A stretch of 64,000 nt of DNA from Iphione sp. A-MEVVRFRX5 (lineage: Eukaryota). Positions 1 to 13,314 of this stretch are shown in pieces (within the stretch, counting starts at the first letter, position 1; each line of letters starts with the position of its first letter). Location: NCBI GenBank assembly GCA_976226885.1, contig OZ320313.1:158596001-158660000 (forward strand). The letters run 5' to 3'. The position numbers and the translations under genes were made by a program. The notes under the pieces are model-generated. The model did not search any database, had not been told where the DNA came from, and saw only the letters and a program-made list of their open reading frames with translations.

Positions 1-1138
1 TAGTCTGATTAACTCTTTCCTGGCGGCCAATGCGAATATCATCCAGATCTGGATGATACGATACGTCACAATGAGATATGTTTTTTCTTGTGTAAAATGA
101 AAAATAAAAATTATTATAACTCTGTGAATGTTCAATAAATCTGTGTTATACGGATTCATAGTTTTTTCATTAAAAAATATTAAATATATCTACAAAAGAA
201 CATGCGGGCGTGGTGATGTGTGCGTGGCGTCGTACAGCATCATGCCGCATCCATTGAGAGATACTGCGCGTAAGCTAGAGAATTTAGAGACTATTTGCTT
301 CATCATAACTTGTTGTGTAGGTCTCAAGATCGAGATGGAGAGCAATGGTGAACATGCATGCTCAACCGTACTTGAAATTTGTTCTAATATGGTTCACTGT
401 GTAGGTTGTATCTCTCATTATCACCAAGAGAATGCATAGGTGGGGCAACTCAGCACAGTGAAATTTATACGTTGGAAATGTAAACAAACACAATAATGGA
501 CGTTTCCCTTCGCTTTGTAGTGAACAAGAAAAGCATTTATTTTGTACGCTCTGTTTATATTATTTTGTGAAAATTGATTTACTACAGAGTTTTATAGTAA
601 AATTCTCTCAGTAAAACCATATAAGAACACTGTACACTGTATTAACTGCTTACAGACCTCTTTTCCACAAATGGATCGCTGACTGAGTAGGCAGATGATC
701 AGTAGAGGTCAGACCGACTCATCGAGTATAGCTTGAAAGGTTGACAGACCGCCAGTATAGGAATCAAAGGTTGTAAAACGGGGGCAGTCCTGACTGGAGG
801 TGGGTCATGGGGTGAGGGGGTATGGTGAGCATGGAATCGCTGACAGAGGAGACTACCAGGGTGAAAGGGCTAATATATGTTAGATTTACAGAATAAGCAC
901 ACAATAGCACAAATAGTCCACAAGTTTCAGACATTTGCAGGAAGAAAAACTGCTCATTTGCCGCAATTTTAGGACACTTGGGTGGGAATGAACACACATT
1001 TGCCACAAATCGCAATCATTTGCGGACCTCCAGCGTATGGCTGCATCGTCAGTTAGTTTTTAGCAAAAGTCTTTGTAAGATTCCTATGATCAGGAATAGT
1101 ATACTTTATATTATATTAATTTTTGTACTTCATTGTAG

Positions 1139-4100
1139 GGATTATTCCGTGTAGCAGGCAGTTCGTCAAAAGTGAAGAAACTAAAGGTGAGTGTATGAAG
1201 GCTAGTAATGAAACATTCGTTAAAGTTACTTTCATTGGTTGTATTGTTCTTAAGACTTGAGTATAGACACTAACTCTCATAACTGCACCAGGGAAAAACT
1301 CTGCCATAGAATAGTATTCGAGCGATATGTAGCAGATGGTGAACTCCTTATCCGGCCTTCCCTACTTCTTTCTCTCTTTCCTGCTTGCCTTCTCCCTTCT
1401 CCTTCTATTGTCTGTCTTTCTGCCCTGTCGTTCGTCTCCGCTCGTTCATGCTCCCCGCCCACTCTCCCTCCCTTCCTCTGCCACTCTTTCTCACTTGATT
1501 CCCCTGTCCCTGTCCCTCTCATGTCCTTCCCCTACCTTCCCCTCCTCTTTTCCTCCCTCTCTGCTCTCCCCTCTCTTTCTCATTCCCCACTCCTGTCTCA
1601 CCTTCCTTCAGTTCCTTCTGTCACCTCATTCTCCCTATTCCAACTCTCCATTCATCTTTCCTTTCCCCCTCTCCGCTACCTTACTCTTTCCTCCCTTCCT
1701 CGTCCCTGCTCCCCACCATTCCCTCCCTCCCCTTCCTTCCCCTCCCTCGTTCACTTTCCCTTTCCATTATATACCAAAGGTAAATAAAGGTAAGAGTTGT
1801 ATAAATGGTAGCATGAGCAAGTTCATGATTTCTATTCTGGACACAGAGATGACATAGACTCTGACTCCATGGATGTCCACCAGATGCCAGCACTGAGACT
1901 ACCAAAGATACCCTTGAAATGGTTGTGAGATATTGTGTGACAAGATCTGAACTTTATACAGGGGCTAACATTTTGTCAAGGCCTGCGTCTGCCAGCTCAC
2001 CCCCGGAGTGACCACCGACCTTTCTGTACTCTCTTTGTGCAGGCGGCCTTTGATTATGGCATAGTTGACATGAGCGAGCATGTCCGTGACATTCACTGTG
2101 TGGCTGGCGCCCTCAAGTTGTACCTACGGGAATTACCGGAGCCCCTGATGACGTACGAGCTCTACAGTGAATGGATGCATGCTGCCCGCCAGTGAGTATT
2201 TACATGCACATAAATCTGTACCCCCGAAAAAATGCATCTGTGTCCTTTAACCTCCTTTGTCAAAGCATTTAAAAGCGAATTAATGAAAAAATAAAGGGGG
2301 CATATAGACTTTGCAGGAAAGGCACAGGAAGTGGCAGTGACTGGGAGGGAAAGGAGGGGGAGTTTTGCTTGAAAATGTGGAGTTTTATTCAAAATGTGGC
2401 AAAATCGAACGTGGGGGAGAAATTTTATTGTGCAAGCAGCATTAAACTTAAGACATGTTTGGGCTCGAGTCCTTTTAATTACTATTTATCTCGATAATAT
2501 CTTGTAAATAGTGAGAGATGCACTTTTGCCCATTCTTACACGTGTTACTCCGCGCTTTCTACAGTAATTTTTTTCGTTTTTGACGCAGACCTCAAATAAA
2601 GGAGAGATTAGAGGCATTATGGCAAGTTCTCAATAAATTGCCAAGAAATAACTACAACAATCTAAGGTAGGTTTACGATTTTTTGTTATAAGGTAGATAA
2701 TTTTACACGTTTTCATGTCTGGCGAGGTGCCCACACAGATAGCTGGGCTAAACATACAAGCTACATTTTTTGTTTCTATTGACAGTAACAAAAGCATCTT
2801 ATTAAAAGATCTTAATATTTTGATGGAATAATCGCTCCTACCACACGAGCTGTCGCCCACGTTTCGTAAGATTATCTGTAATGTTGCAGGTACCTCATCA
2901 AGTTTCTTGCCAAGCTGTCGGAGAAGGAAGACATAAACAAGATGTCGGCAAGCAACATCGCCATCGTCATGGGGCCGAACCTCATCTGGGCGCCAGGAGA
3001 CGGAGGGTGGGTCGTCATAGCAACAACCCTAACTAATTTGACTCGTGGCAGTTTCCTGTCGTTTCATCCCGCAAATATCTAAAACATTTTTATTTTTCCA
3101 TTATTTTATTGCTCTTGTATGAGAGACTGGAACACGGTATTTGCTTGCGTATTCAATTGTTATGGATTAAACACTTTTTTAAAAAAATTGTTCCCATTTT
3201 ACAGTCCTAATGTTCTCAACACAACCATCCAGAGTGCACTTGTTGAACTGCTCATCTCCTATGCTGACGACTACTTCTTCAAAGAAGGTAAGTCATTTTT
3301 TCTGGTCCACGTTTAAGTAATAGTGCAACAGGTACGCACATATACACTCCTCTTTGTGTCCGCAGTTAAAATGTGTTGGAATATGCTAAAACTTATGTTT
3401 TTAGCATCCGAATGAAATGGAGCACCTGTCCTGATACTGCTGAATAAATGTAGATCAGTTCTTCACCGTTTCCAGCAGTATGAAAGAAAGATCCTGTTCT
3501 CTAATGTCATCCTTGGAATGTTTGCCAAAGCAGGCATAGGGATATTTTTTTTTTCATGCAGAACAAAACAGTGCAGAAATGCATTGCCGGAGAGAAAATC
3601 CCAAAACTGGCAATGGCTGTTCCTAAGTCGTACACTAAAATACAGTCAGACCTCATCAACTGTGTGTTTTTCTCACCTCAGATTGAGTCCATTTGAGAAG
3701 GTAACCTGGTTCAGTTGTTGAGGGATCTTATAGTACATTGTAGCCTGAGGGCACCTTTTGTTTAGCCTAGAAACTGGAGGAAACTGGTTATTGGGAGAAG
3801 TTCGGGGGGAGTTGATGGGGTCTGGCTGTACATGGACAGAACTAGTATATTTCAGTCAAACATGAATTTGTATGCTTAGAGAGGGACTTTATCCTAAAGT
3901 GCGGTTCCAAACCGGAGACTGAGATTATAGAATACTACCACGTACACTGTGTATCGTCCTCTCAAATGCTAAGAAATGTAGTTTTAGCAAAAGTGATCAA
4001 GACTAACCTCTCAGTTGAAGTGTTAAAGTTGGTTGTTTTATCAGCTTTAGGTGGAGTTCCCCGCTGATTTCTACTTGTGATAGTTGAATATATTGTATTG

Positions 4101-7100
4101 CACCGTAAGGATCATTGCCCATAGGATACTCTACATGTGACACTTTCATAAAAGACATCCTGCACTTAAGAGTTGAAGAAGTCGGTGTCTGTCTACTAAA
4201 TTCGATGATTCAGATAATTAAACTCTCGCATCTCTTTGCATGCTGAAACTTTCTATGCTTGATGTACAGCAGTGCGTACACACGTGCGGCATAGAGTACA
4301 TGTTTACTGACAGCTAATTATTAAGTCAGTCACACACAAATACATTTTCCTTTGCACACACGTACCTTCTTCTATGCTGAATTTCCTGGTTATGCCTGTA
4401 CATATTTTCAAGATTATTAAAACATCTGTAAAGGACTGGAACTGTTCAGTTTCATAGTGATAAAGAGATCAACATCGGTTGGCCTAATTTCCGAATTGGG
4501 AACACACACTATATGCACTTTGCAGATAGTGTGGGGCAAAGCCTTTAGGACCTCCAAAGAAAATATGTGTGGCAAGGCCTGTGTAGGTGGCCTGGAGGGA
4601 ATAAGGTGTAGCAAGACCCTTATGTGAATAGATTGATAAGATCACCAGACAGTTTGGGGGAAACGCTTTATGGGTTACGGTGAAAGTGTATGGCGCTGTG
4701 CGAACATCTGCATTGACACCAACGAAGTAGGCGCCAATAGGTGAGGGAAGCACATGGCGGGGCGACCATCCACTTTTCCTGTACAGTTTTTTTTTTGTCT
4801 CACTTTGCATGTTACAGCTGCTTCTGAAGGCTACTGCTTCCTACTAGCACGTGAGCCTCGTGGCAGATGTCGCATTTCTTCCATGTTTTTTGTGGGTTGT
4901 GATACTGTCCTCTTGTACAGTCCAGCTTCGTATCAACATTGTATACTGTCCAATCGTGGAATTGAGTGAACAGAAAGGAGAAGCTTGTCAGCAGTCGCTG
5001 TTAACAGTATCGATGTATGAGGAGCGACCGTTTTGGTAGACCTTGAATGTTTCCAACCACAATCGATCTATGTGGGATGTACCTGTCGAGGTAAATTATC
5101 ACTTACAAGGTGCATGTATACACCAGACTTTTGTTCTGAAAATGATTACCACATAAAATATCAATGAATTCGGTCCAATATTTACCATGCATACAACAGC
5201 CATAACACGACATACATATATACAATGTGTCTATATCGCAGCGCTGACTACAACAGGTACATATATACCATAAACATCAGTAAGAGCTATCGTGCAGTAA
5301 GTCTCACTTGTGTGTGTGATTTTGCAAAGAACAGTGTGTTTAACCAGATAAAGCCATTGCTTTTTACCCGGAGGAAGAGCAAACCCTCTGAAGGTAGTAT
5401 TGGTATAAAAGTGGCCGCTGAGTTTAGGCTGGCCTAGAAGAGTGGTCTCTTCGAGTGAGCGTGTCCTGTTGACAGCATGTAACTGTCTTAACTAAAGCCA
5501 TCTTTCTTTCCTTCTGCCTCCTGTGTCCAACCCCTCCAGATATAGACTTCCATAAGACTGCTCATGGCCTGGCATCGTCGGTGGAAGCGCCATCATGGCG
5601 CTCAGCAGTTCCTCCGCCACTTCCGGCTGCCGTTCTTTCAGGTCAGGCGACGTTGCCCAGAACTCGACCACGCAGCACGCATGCGCTAAATGCTGGCTTC
5701 TCATTGGCTAACACCACTCTGACAGCGCCCCTGACGCCTGCACAGCAGCACGAGCGGAGCCAGTCTGTGCCGCCCTTCTCCACGCTGCCCCGCACACCCC
5801 CACGTGTGGCAGCGGCTGGTGCAGCAGCTGCACCCACTCAGAAAAACACGCCGGTTGTGAATGGAGCTACTGGTGCAGGATTCGGTACTGGATATCCCCG
5901 GACTAGTGGCTGCGGGGGTGTGGGGGCTGCCTCCCCACCTTACTCCACCTCTAGCACATCGGCAGCATGGAGGTCGGCTGAGAAAGATGATAAGTCAGCA
6001 TCAAGTGTGTCCAGCAGTGATGACTCGGTTGGGGCCAGCTCCAGTCGGCGGCCATCATTACGTGGCAGCACCAGTGGCCGGAGCAGTGGCCACAGTACCT
6101 TCATCAACACCAATAGCAGTAGCGCTGCGGCAGGTGCACCAGGCAGAGATAATTGCGATACGGGCTCTCTTGGCGGCGATGCCGGGGGCGGCAGGGCTGG
6201 TGCCACCGCCTTTATCCATTCGGACAGTCTCTCAGAGCCAGGCTCGCTGGGAGGCCTGCTCTCTTCCAAGCGTGATCTGACAACCATAGCGCGGTCAACG
6301 ACACCGCCGCCCAAGCCGCCGCCGCCAAAGAGTGTGCATTCAGATGTATACAACACTGTTTTTGCACTGCATTCGCTGAGTCAGAGTGATGGCTGGTCGG
6401 AATATCTTACCACTGTACGAGGCATGCTCGACGGCCACATGACCAAACGATCAGGCTCCACCCCAAGTAGTATGGCAAATGGGGGTGCCGCCGCAACGGC
6501 AGGTAGAGTATGCCCGACTGCTCCGAGTTGATCTAGCCTTGCTCAGAAACCAACCTTTCTCTATCGTCGTCTGTTTCTTTTCATTCCTCTCTCATTCTCT
6601 CCCTCTCTCTCCCTCTTGCTCTCTCCTTCTGTTTATTGTGGCTGTTGTCGTTACTGCTGCTGCTATTTATTTTGTGCCGCTACTACTACTACTACCACTA
6701 CTACTGTGTTATGTGCTGCTTCGCCAGATCCCTCGCCAAACAGTGCACATTAATGGGCCCTTAGGGCATCACATGCCACGAGGGTCGTTCCGCCATGGCT
6801 GAGTGCTGACTAACCATGTAAACCTAACCCACCCAACCTCATCGATGTCTTCCTAGTGCCAGCTTCTTGTATATGTAAGGCAGATCATTGCTCTACATCC
6901 TCATCCGTCAGTCAGCATACACATCATATTTAAATATTTCATTTTGCTGTTCAAGTGTACATAGTCTTTATAAAAAAAAAAAACACGAAAATTTTTCTGA
7001 ATGCATGTACAGTGTACACTAGTAGGGAGTATGAGGTTAAAAATATATTCATTCCGATGAAAACAAAAACAAAACAAAAGTAAAATACCTCTTCCGGTTT

Positions 7101-9788
7101 TTTTTCCATAGATGCCATTCATTAAATGTAGAAGCAAAGTGCGCTTTCTCTCATGCAAAGGCTTTTATAATGCTCCCCGTTTATCTGGAAACTTCCCGAC
7201 AAGGCAGGTATTTTGACAGTTGCTAATAACAACAGTACAGAAAGTTTTTCGGAAGTATACTTTTGACACCAATCAAAAGCAACACTCATAGGCCAGAGAG
7301 GCAAGCGTCACTGCATTAACACCTTTTCCTGGCTGAAGACACCCGCTGCAGTGTCTTGTGCTGCTCCAGAACGTTGTGGATGTGGTTGCGTGCAGCAACT
7401 TATTATACGAACGGACTCGTGCCGAAATGTGCATCTGGAATGGTGTGTTTGGACTTGGACATAGCCGTGCCCGCCCTTTAAATACATGTTTTTAAAAAAA
7501 AATTATTGATGCATGATCTTCTGTCATCTTGACTTGGAGACCCCTCTGACTTCTAGGAGCGGACTGGCCTGGTTGTGTGCTATACCTTGTTATTCTGCCT
7601 AAGTTGGATGCTGCTGCATATACATATATTACATGTAGTAAGATGGTGATCGGCCCGAGGGCACCAGCTGCCTATGGCAGCCTGCCAGCCCATCTGGCCC
7701 GAACACAGACCACACTGGTGGGAAACGTGCACATCTTATGGGCGGTTCATGGCCTCATAGGTGACGACAGACCGCGTGGAAACCTTGGTTGCAATAAATA
7801 CAACTTGTGTACCGAATAATGTAGTTATAGTGTTGTTTTGTGTCTTTACTTTCGAGAATATTTTAATCATGCAAGTTTCCCCCCTCATAAATTAATGTAT
7901 TCTAGAATAGTAATTTTTCCAGTTTCATGTCATTGCATTTTCATTTTGCATGACCTTGTTTTATTTTTTCGTCAAGTAAGCATGGTTATTTAAGTCTGTA
8001 GTTTACGAGTTTTACACTGTACAGTGATACATGTATTACGAAAGTTTAATGAAAACCTGGACTAAGAAATACAGGAACAGGTGGTGCTGTGCCGCAGATG
8101 GTGTTTTTTTGTGGGCTGGTTAGATCAAAGTCCCATCTGACAATTGCTCTGTGTGCACCAATGTGAAAACTAGTTGTCATTTGAAGCTAAACAATGCTAA
8201 GTTTTTGTGTGATATCTCTGACTAGAAACGACTCAAGGATATTGTTCAATGTGGGAGCAACTGCTAACGAAATTTCTGTCGTTTGGTTATTATTGCATAG
8301 AATCGCTTTGAATATGTTGGGAGGTGAAAATAACATTGCAAAGTAAAAGCTCGTTGTTTTGAAAGAATAAGAGTCTCGGTTGATTGTGATGTGATTTGCC
8401 TTCCAGATGTGGACTTCAATGTCACATCCTCGTCATCGCAAGGGTCCCCCGTGTCTCTTCCAGCGAATGGTGCCAACCTTGGCCTACCCACTCAACTGAA
8501 CACTGAACCAGCGCCTACCCTATTGGCAGCACCTCCACCACAGGCAACCAAGACATCAGCAACACCCCCGGGGTCTCTCTCGGCCTCACATGATAACCTG
8601 TTGCATGCAGGGTCACCCTCAGAAAGGTACTAATCTTAACTAACTGTCATAAAGTAATGAATACCCCTTTAATTCACCTACGGATAAGTAAAATGCACTC
8701 ATATTTTTTGCGACCCATAGATGTTCACTCTAGTGTTTAAAAAAAAACAATACTTTGAAGCGTAACTGCGTAAAAGTTTTACTTGCAATATGAAAATATG
8801 TGTATTTTAATTGCTTAGATATGTTAATCAGAACGTTGTGCCTATGGAGTACGGATCCTTAGCCATAGAATATCGGTCCTGGATGAGTTAGAAACGGATC
8901 CATAGACGTAGAAAAATACAGCTCTGGAGGCATATGTGTACATCTGAATGGTGTATATGATTTTCATTAGGATGGATACGTCCACACGTCCGCAGATCTG
9001 GAAACTAGGAAAATACGCACACATGTGAATAGCCTCTTAACTGTAACCCTCATCTGGCACTTAATCGGTCTTTTGGATCATGGCAGTCCTGTTAATCTTC
9101 CATTTCATCTTGCAGCCCTCTAGTTGGCCTCAGTCCCAGGGCACCCAGGAGAGGCACCAAAAAGCCAGCACCCCTGCCCCCAGGAGGAGCACCTGTAGTG
9201 CCTGCAGCTCCACCGGACAAACCGGTTATTGCAGAGAAACCGCCACTGGGCCACTCGATCAGTACCATCAGCTCCACCTCCTCCTCTTCGACGACGTCCA
9301 CCCTCGGCGGTGAAACTAGTCCACAGGTGACAGTCACATCACCTACAGACCGGGGCAGCACCAGTCCTTTGATAGAGCGGCCACAGGTGCCACCACCCGC
9401 ACCTCCAAACCGACCTGAGCGGCCTCCAGAGAAGCCACCCATGGTGTCAGCTGAGAAGCCAAGCAGCCCGCTGTCAGAACGCCCACGCCCCCCAGATCGG
9501 CCCAGCATGCCTCCACCTGAGAAACCGGATCGCCCGCCATCCTACCCTCTGGCAGAGAAGCCAGAAAAACCCGAGAAGCCAGCCAAACCAGAAGGAGGGA
9601 CTTTGCCTCGGCCCAGCTCCCGGCCCCCGCGCCCACAGCCACCACCTCCCCCACCCCCAGCGCAGCACCCTGAGCGGAGACCCAGTGCAGAAAAGCAGGC
9701 CCCTCTGGCAGAAGCTGAAGAGGATGGTATTGGTATTTCTTCACCCGACCCGTCACCCAAGACCACTAAAGAGGAGACACACCTATGA
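1139..9788 (+). CDS. ARHGAP17/ARHGAP44-like: RICH-family Rho GTPase-activating protein (ARHGAP17/ARHGAP44/SH3BP1 co-ortholog), 3' part: RhoGAP domain plus proline-rich tail. Exons 1139-1186, 2043-2191, 2589-2666, 2890-3006, 3205-3287, 8407-8626, 9116-9788. BAR-domain exons are not in the window.
   Basis: Manual spliced translation gives GLFRVAGSSSKVKKLK (arginine finger) / AAFDYG..HCVAGALKLYLRELPEPLMTYELYSEW / ..LEALWQVLNKLPRNNYNNLR / YLIKFLAKLSEKEDINKMSASNIAIVMGPNLIW / ..SALVELLISYADDYFFKE / DVDFNV.. / Pro-rich tail ending KEETHL. All junctions are AG/GT and phases are consistent (0,2,2,2,1,2). Confidence 0.93.
1340..1775 (+). repeat. Low-complexity polypyrimidine (C/T) tract in RhoGAP intron
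   Basis: About 430 bp dominated by C and T on + strand (ttccc/ctct motifs); explains the spurious Leu/Ser/Pro ORFs in the track. Confidence 0.85.
5540..6531 (+). CDS. Large alternative RhoGAP exon (Ser/Gly/Pro-rich), usable as alternative terminal exon (stop 6529-6531) or as in-frame cassette (donor after 6502)
   Basis: Acceptor cccctccAG at 5538-5539, phase 1, gives D-I-D-F-H-K.., paralleling D-V-D-F of exon 8407. Open frame of about 330 codons. Internal CAG|GTAGAG donor at 6503; 5540-6502 = 963 nt (multiple of 3). AATAAA at 7793. Confidence 0.75.
7793..7798 (+). terminator. Candidate polyadenylation signal for the alternative RhoGAP terminal exon
   Basis: AATAAA followed by GT/T-rich sequence (tgttgttttgtgtcttt) 30-50 nt downstream. 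Confidence 0.45.
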
Positions 9789-12700
9789 GATGGCCTTATA
9801 TATTGTTAGGGTGCTTAACGAAGAACTACTCATATTACATTAATTTTAAGCACAACTAGGCACGTGAATGTTCTAATAGATATTGAAACTTCCCGTTGCA
9901 TTATTATAGCCTAGATCATAAAGGACTCGGACATTTTGCTTTCTTTGCTATGCCTTGGCTGGTCATTAGAGAAAACTCGAAAATATGAATAAGTCTTGAA
10001 ACTCCTGAAAGTGGGATAGATAAATGTATTCAGTAACGTGTATATTTCTGGTTAAGTTCGGAGCTGCAGTGCTCTCCTTAGTCAGTTTCGGTTTAAACAG
10101 CTTGTTGAACCGAGGTTAGTTATGTATGTATATATGTTGTATATATAATGTCGATGCGAGATGTTAGAAAATCTTAAATCAGCATCTCTGCATTTCTTGT
10201 GATAAGTGTTCTATGCTTTTCTGGACTCAACCACCCACATCTCCCTTTTGCTGTCGGACTCGGATGTGTTACTCCCTCATCGAAGCTATTTAATTGCGCC
10301 GTTGTCCTGTGACTAGATTTTGATTGTTGTACTTAATGAATGAGGACTGGAACTCGAAATTGTGACCAACTTTTTATCAGAAGCTGCCTGATGTGATCCT
10401 TTTTCGGGAATGACATCTAGGGATGGTACTATTTTCACTCACACAGAACGCATTAAAGATGTTATTACCCTGTTGTCGTACGTAGAGCGTAGTGCAGGTG
10501 TAGTTGCTAGAAAGAAATCGGCCTCTTTCGTGACTGTTTCCACGAATTCCGGCGACATGCGTGAAGCTTCCATATTTTTCTTTTCTTTTTTTACTGTGTC
10601 ATTCAAGTTGCATGGTACAGAAATGATATGTAACTGATGGTATGTTATATACACAAAAGTCACAAACGTGTGTATAGTGGAATATATGTTGACCGTCGTG
10701 TGTTACCTGTGGTGTCCGCGTCGCTAGGTACACTGCCCTGGCACCAAGATAATGTAAATCATAAATGGTAATATAAACATATGTGTCGTTCACACGTCTC
10801 AAGTGATGCCAATAGCTTCCTTAAGCGCCGGTTAGCATCAACTTGCACTTTTCAGTCAAATAACGTTCACATGCGTGTCCTTTGTTTCAATTTGTTGCTT
10901 CTTCACTTTTTGATGAAGCGTTTCTTGTTGTTGTCCGCTTTTTTTATATTAACACCTACGTCTAAAACTAGCCAAAAAAGAAAACATGAAGCGTTCATCA
11001 TTAAGTTTTCAGGAATAACTCCCAGTCTATGGCGTAGGAATGGATGACATTGTGTTATTTATCACTGCAACGTTTAACTTACATCTAATGCATATGCTGG
11101 TCATTTGTAACTTCCGCACAGATACATTGACCGCATTTTGTTTGGATTGTAGATGACACTAGTTCCTCTGTAGTCGACGGTCTTGGCAATCCTTGTGTAC
11201 GTTTTTGGTTTTCTAATCGACTTCTCTCGCTTTTCTAGCAAGTAAACGCAGGTTTCCATTAATATGCTTTATCCAAGGGAATTTTTGTTCAGATAAACAA
11301 ATACATGTACTGGTTTTCTATGGCATACTCAATACTCGTTAAGCTTTAAACTTATCTATCGCCTTATTTAATTTGGAGAAATAAGTACCTTCGGTTGCGG
11401 CAGAGAAATGAACTTTCCATCTCATGAAAATTGCGTTGTACAAATAGGTTTCTGTGTTGACTTGAAATGTTTCTAAAACGAATGTCTCTAAAACGAATGT
11501 TTCTAAACCGAATCACCAAAGCAACGTGGTCAAATCAAACAGAGAGCATGGTTACGTACTTATAATTACTTATAATTAGCACTCCATTTGAAGTTGCAAA
11601 ATCCAGTGATGTTCGCTCCCCAAGATCGGCAACTTTTTTTTAATGATGTGTTTGGTTTTTATAAGGTGTTTGACAACTTCACTTTCTGATGTACCGATCG
11701 CAAAGCACGACTCAACGACAGGCTTTTTGTGTCACTCAAGGTAATGCCACTACACATGACTGGGGTAGAGCATTTCGGGACCAGACGAACCGACGGTTGT
11801 CTGGTCATGCGACTGCACACCACACGATGCATCACTAAGTAGGTGACCTAGACAGCCCTACATGGAAGTTCACATAAACGGACATGAAAACCGCGAGTGT
11901 GGTCCGTGTAAACAGCAGATAATTGCGATTCCTAATAGCACTGACTGGATTAATGCTTGTGTCCAGTTAAGTCGTGACACGTGACAAATTTCAAGAAAGC
12001 CCCAGTCACAAACTCATTAATCGCTTCATGTTTAAGTTAATGTCTATCTTCTGGCAATAATGAAACTTGTGTATTTCAACCATTTAGACAGCTTTGAGGC
12101 GAAGAAGTTGTGAAATACACTTCAAATCGAGCGTTTAAGTTTAGGCCAGAGATGATGTAGTTGTACCTAACCTAATCCAAAGTTTGCAGTTTAAACCAGA
12201 CGATTTCTATTTGTTGCTGGCTGACTACAAACTTTATAAATCTGTTTTAATCATGCATCTTTATGTTGTTATCTTCACCTAAAAAGAAAGCTTTTAAGTT
12301 CTGTCGAAGCACTGTTCTCAAATACTTTAAATGAAAAGGATCTGGTGTTCTCTAGAAGGAATTTAAAAGACCAACATTTTGTTGGTATCATGTTCTAGAT
12401 AAAGAATGTGGATTGTCTAGTTTCTGCAGTAACCCTGTCCATCCCTGGATGTAGCAGTTAGTTTGGAGAAGGCCTAGACGTATAGGCTCTTCTAGTGGTC
12501 TTCAGGGCTTCATGACACCGAGTCATTCGTACAAAGTTGTCACTGGCAATGTACATGTATGTGTAATATGTAGAGTAGGAGTGCTTCCTGGACTTTTTAC
12601 GTATTGAACAAGTGGATTTGGGTGTATGCTATCAGCGTTGTTATCACACATAATGTTCATTATTCTGGAACTGTTCTCGATTGAACAGATTCACCGCCAG

Positions 12701-13176
12701 GATGATATAATCTTGACTGATTCTGTAAGATTATTAGGTAAATAGGAAGAGGCCTTTTCTTAAGGAAGAGGGTATTTTTTACAGACGCTGTTACGGTCAG
12801 ATGTTCGGGTGCCTTCTGTAAATTTTTATCAAGCATAGTTTTTGACATATTCTGAATATCAATGTAAATTTCAGACATTCTGGACAAATTACTAAGTGTG
12901 TAATCCATATACATAAAACCGCTAGTAACATACTATATTCGACTTATTTACAAGGATCTTTTCTTGTTGAAGTCTTTTCAATACAGATGATTTCGTGGAA
13001 TGAACAATAAAATAAAAACAGTTTGCATTTACTGGAAGTTTTTCTTTTCCTTTCCGACTTAGTAACCTGGTCCTTAGGAGTAAAGCTCGACGATGTGTGT
13101 TGGTCTAGCTATATTCAAACATTTTCTATTGGAAACACATTAGATATTACATGGATAGATAAATTCTTAAAGTTAG

Positions 13177-13182
13177 TTTATT
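13177..13182 (-). terminator. Candidate polyadenylation signal of EXOSC5
   Basis: tttatt on + (AATAAA on -), about 130 nt past the EXOSC5 stop codon. Confidence 0.45.
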
Positions 13183-13314
13183 TGGTCTGCAGAAATTCAC
13201 AATTTAAACAAAAAAATTCATGCAAATAAGTCATTCCTGTGTGTATATCCTGCCCATATCAGAACGGGGTTATGGCGGTCCTGCCTAGGTATATGTATCC
13301 ATAATGTCCAAAAC

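Noticed and set aside
1257-1905. ORFs of 74-176 aa over the C/T tract
   Set aside because: By-products of low-complexity sequence inside a RhoGAP intron.
3454-3540. Possible extra RhoGAP terminal exon (DQFFTVSSS..)
   Set aside because: Acceptor lacks a polypyrimidine tract (gaataaatgtAG) and has no other support.
5643-9766. Antisense and off-frame ORFs over the GC-rich RhoGAP exons
   Set aside because: Shadows of low-complexity coding exons.
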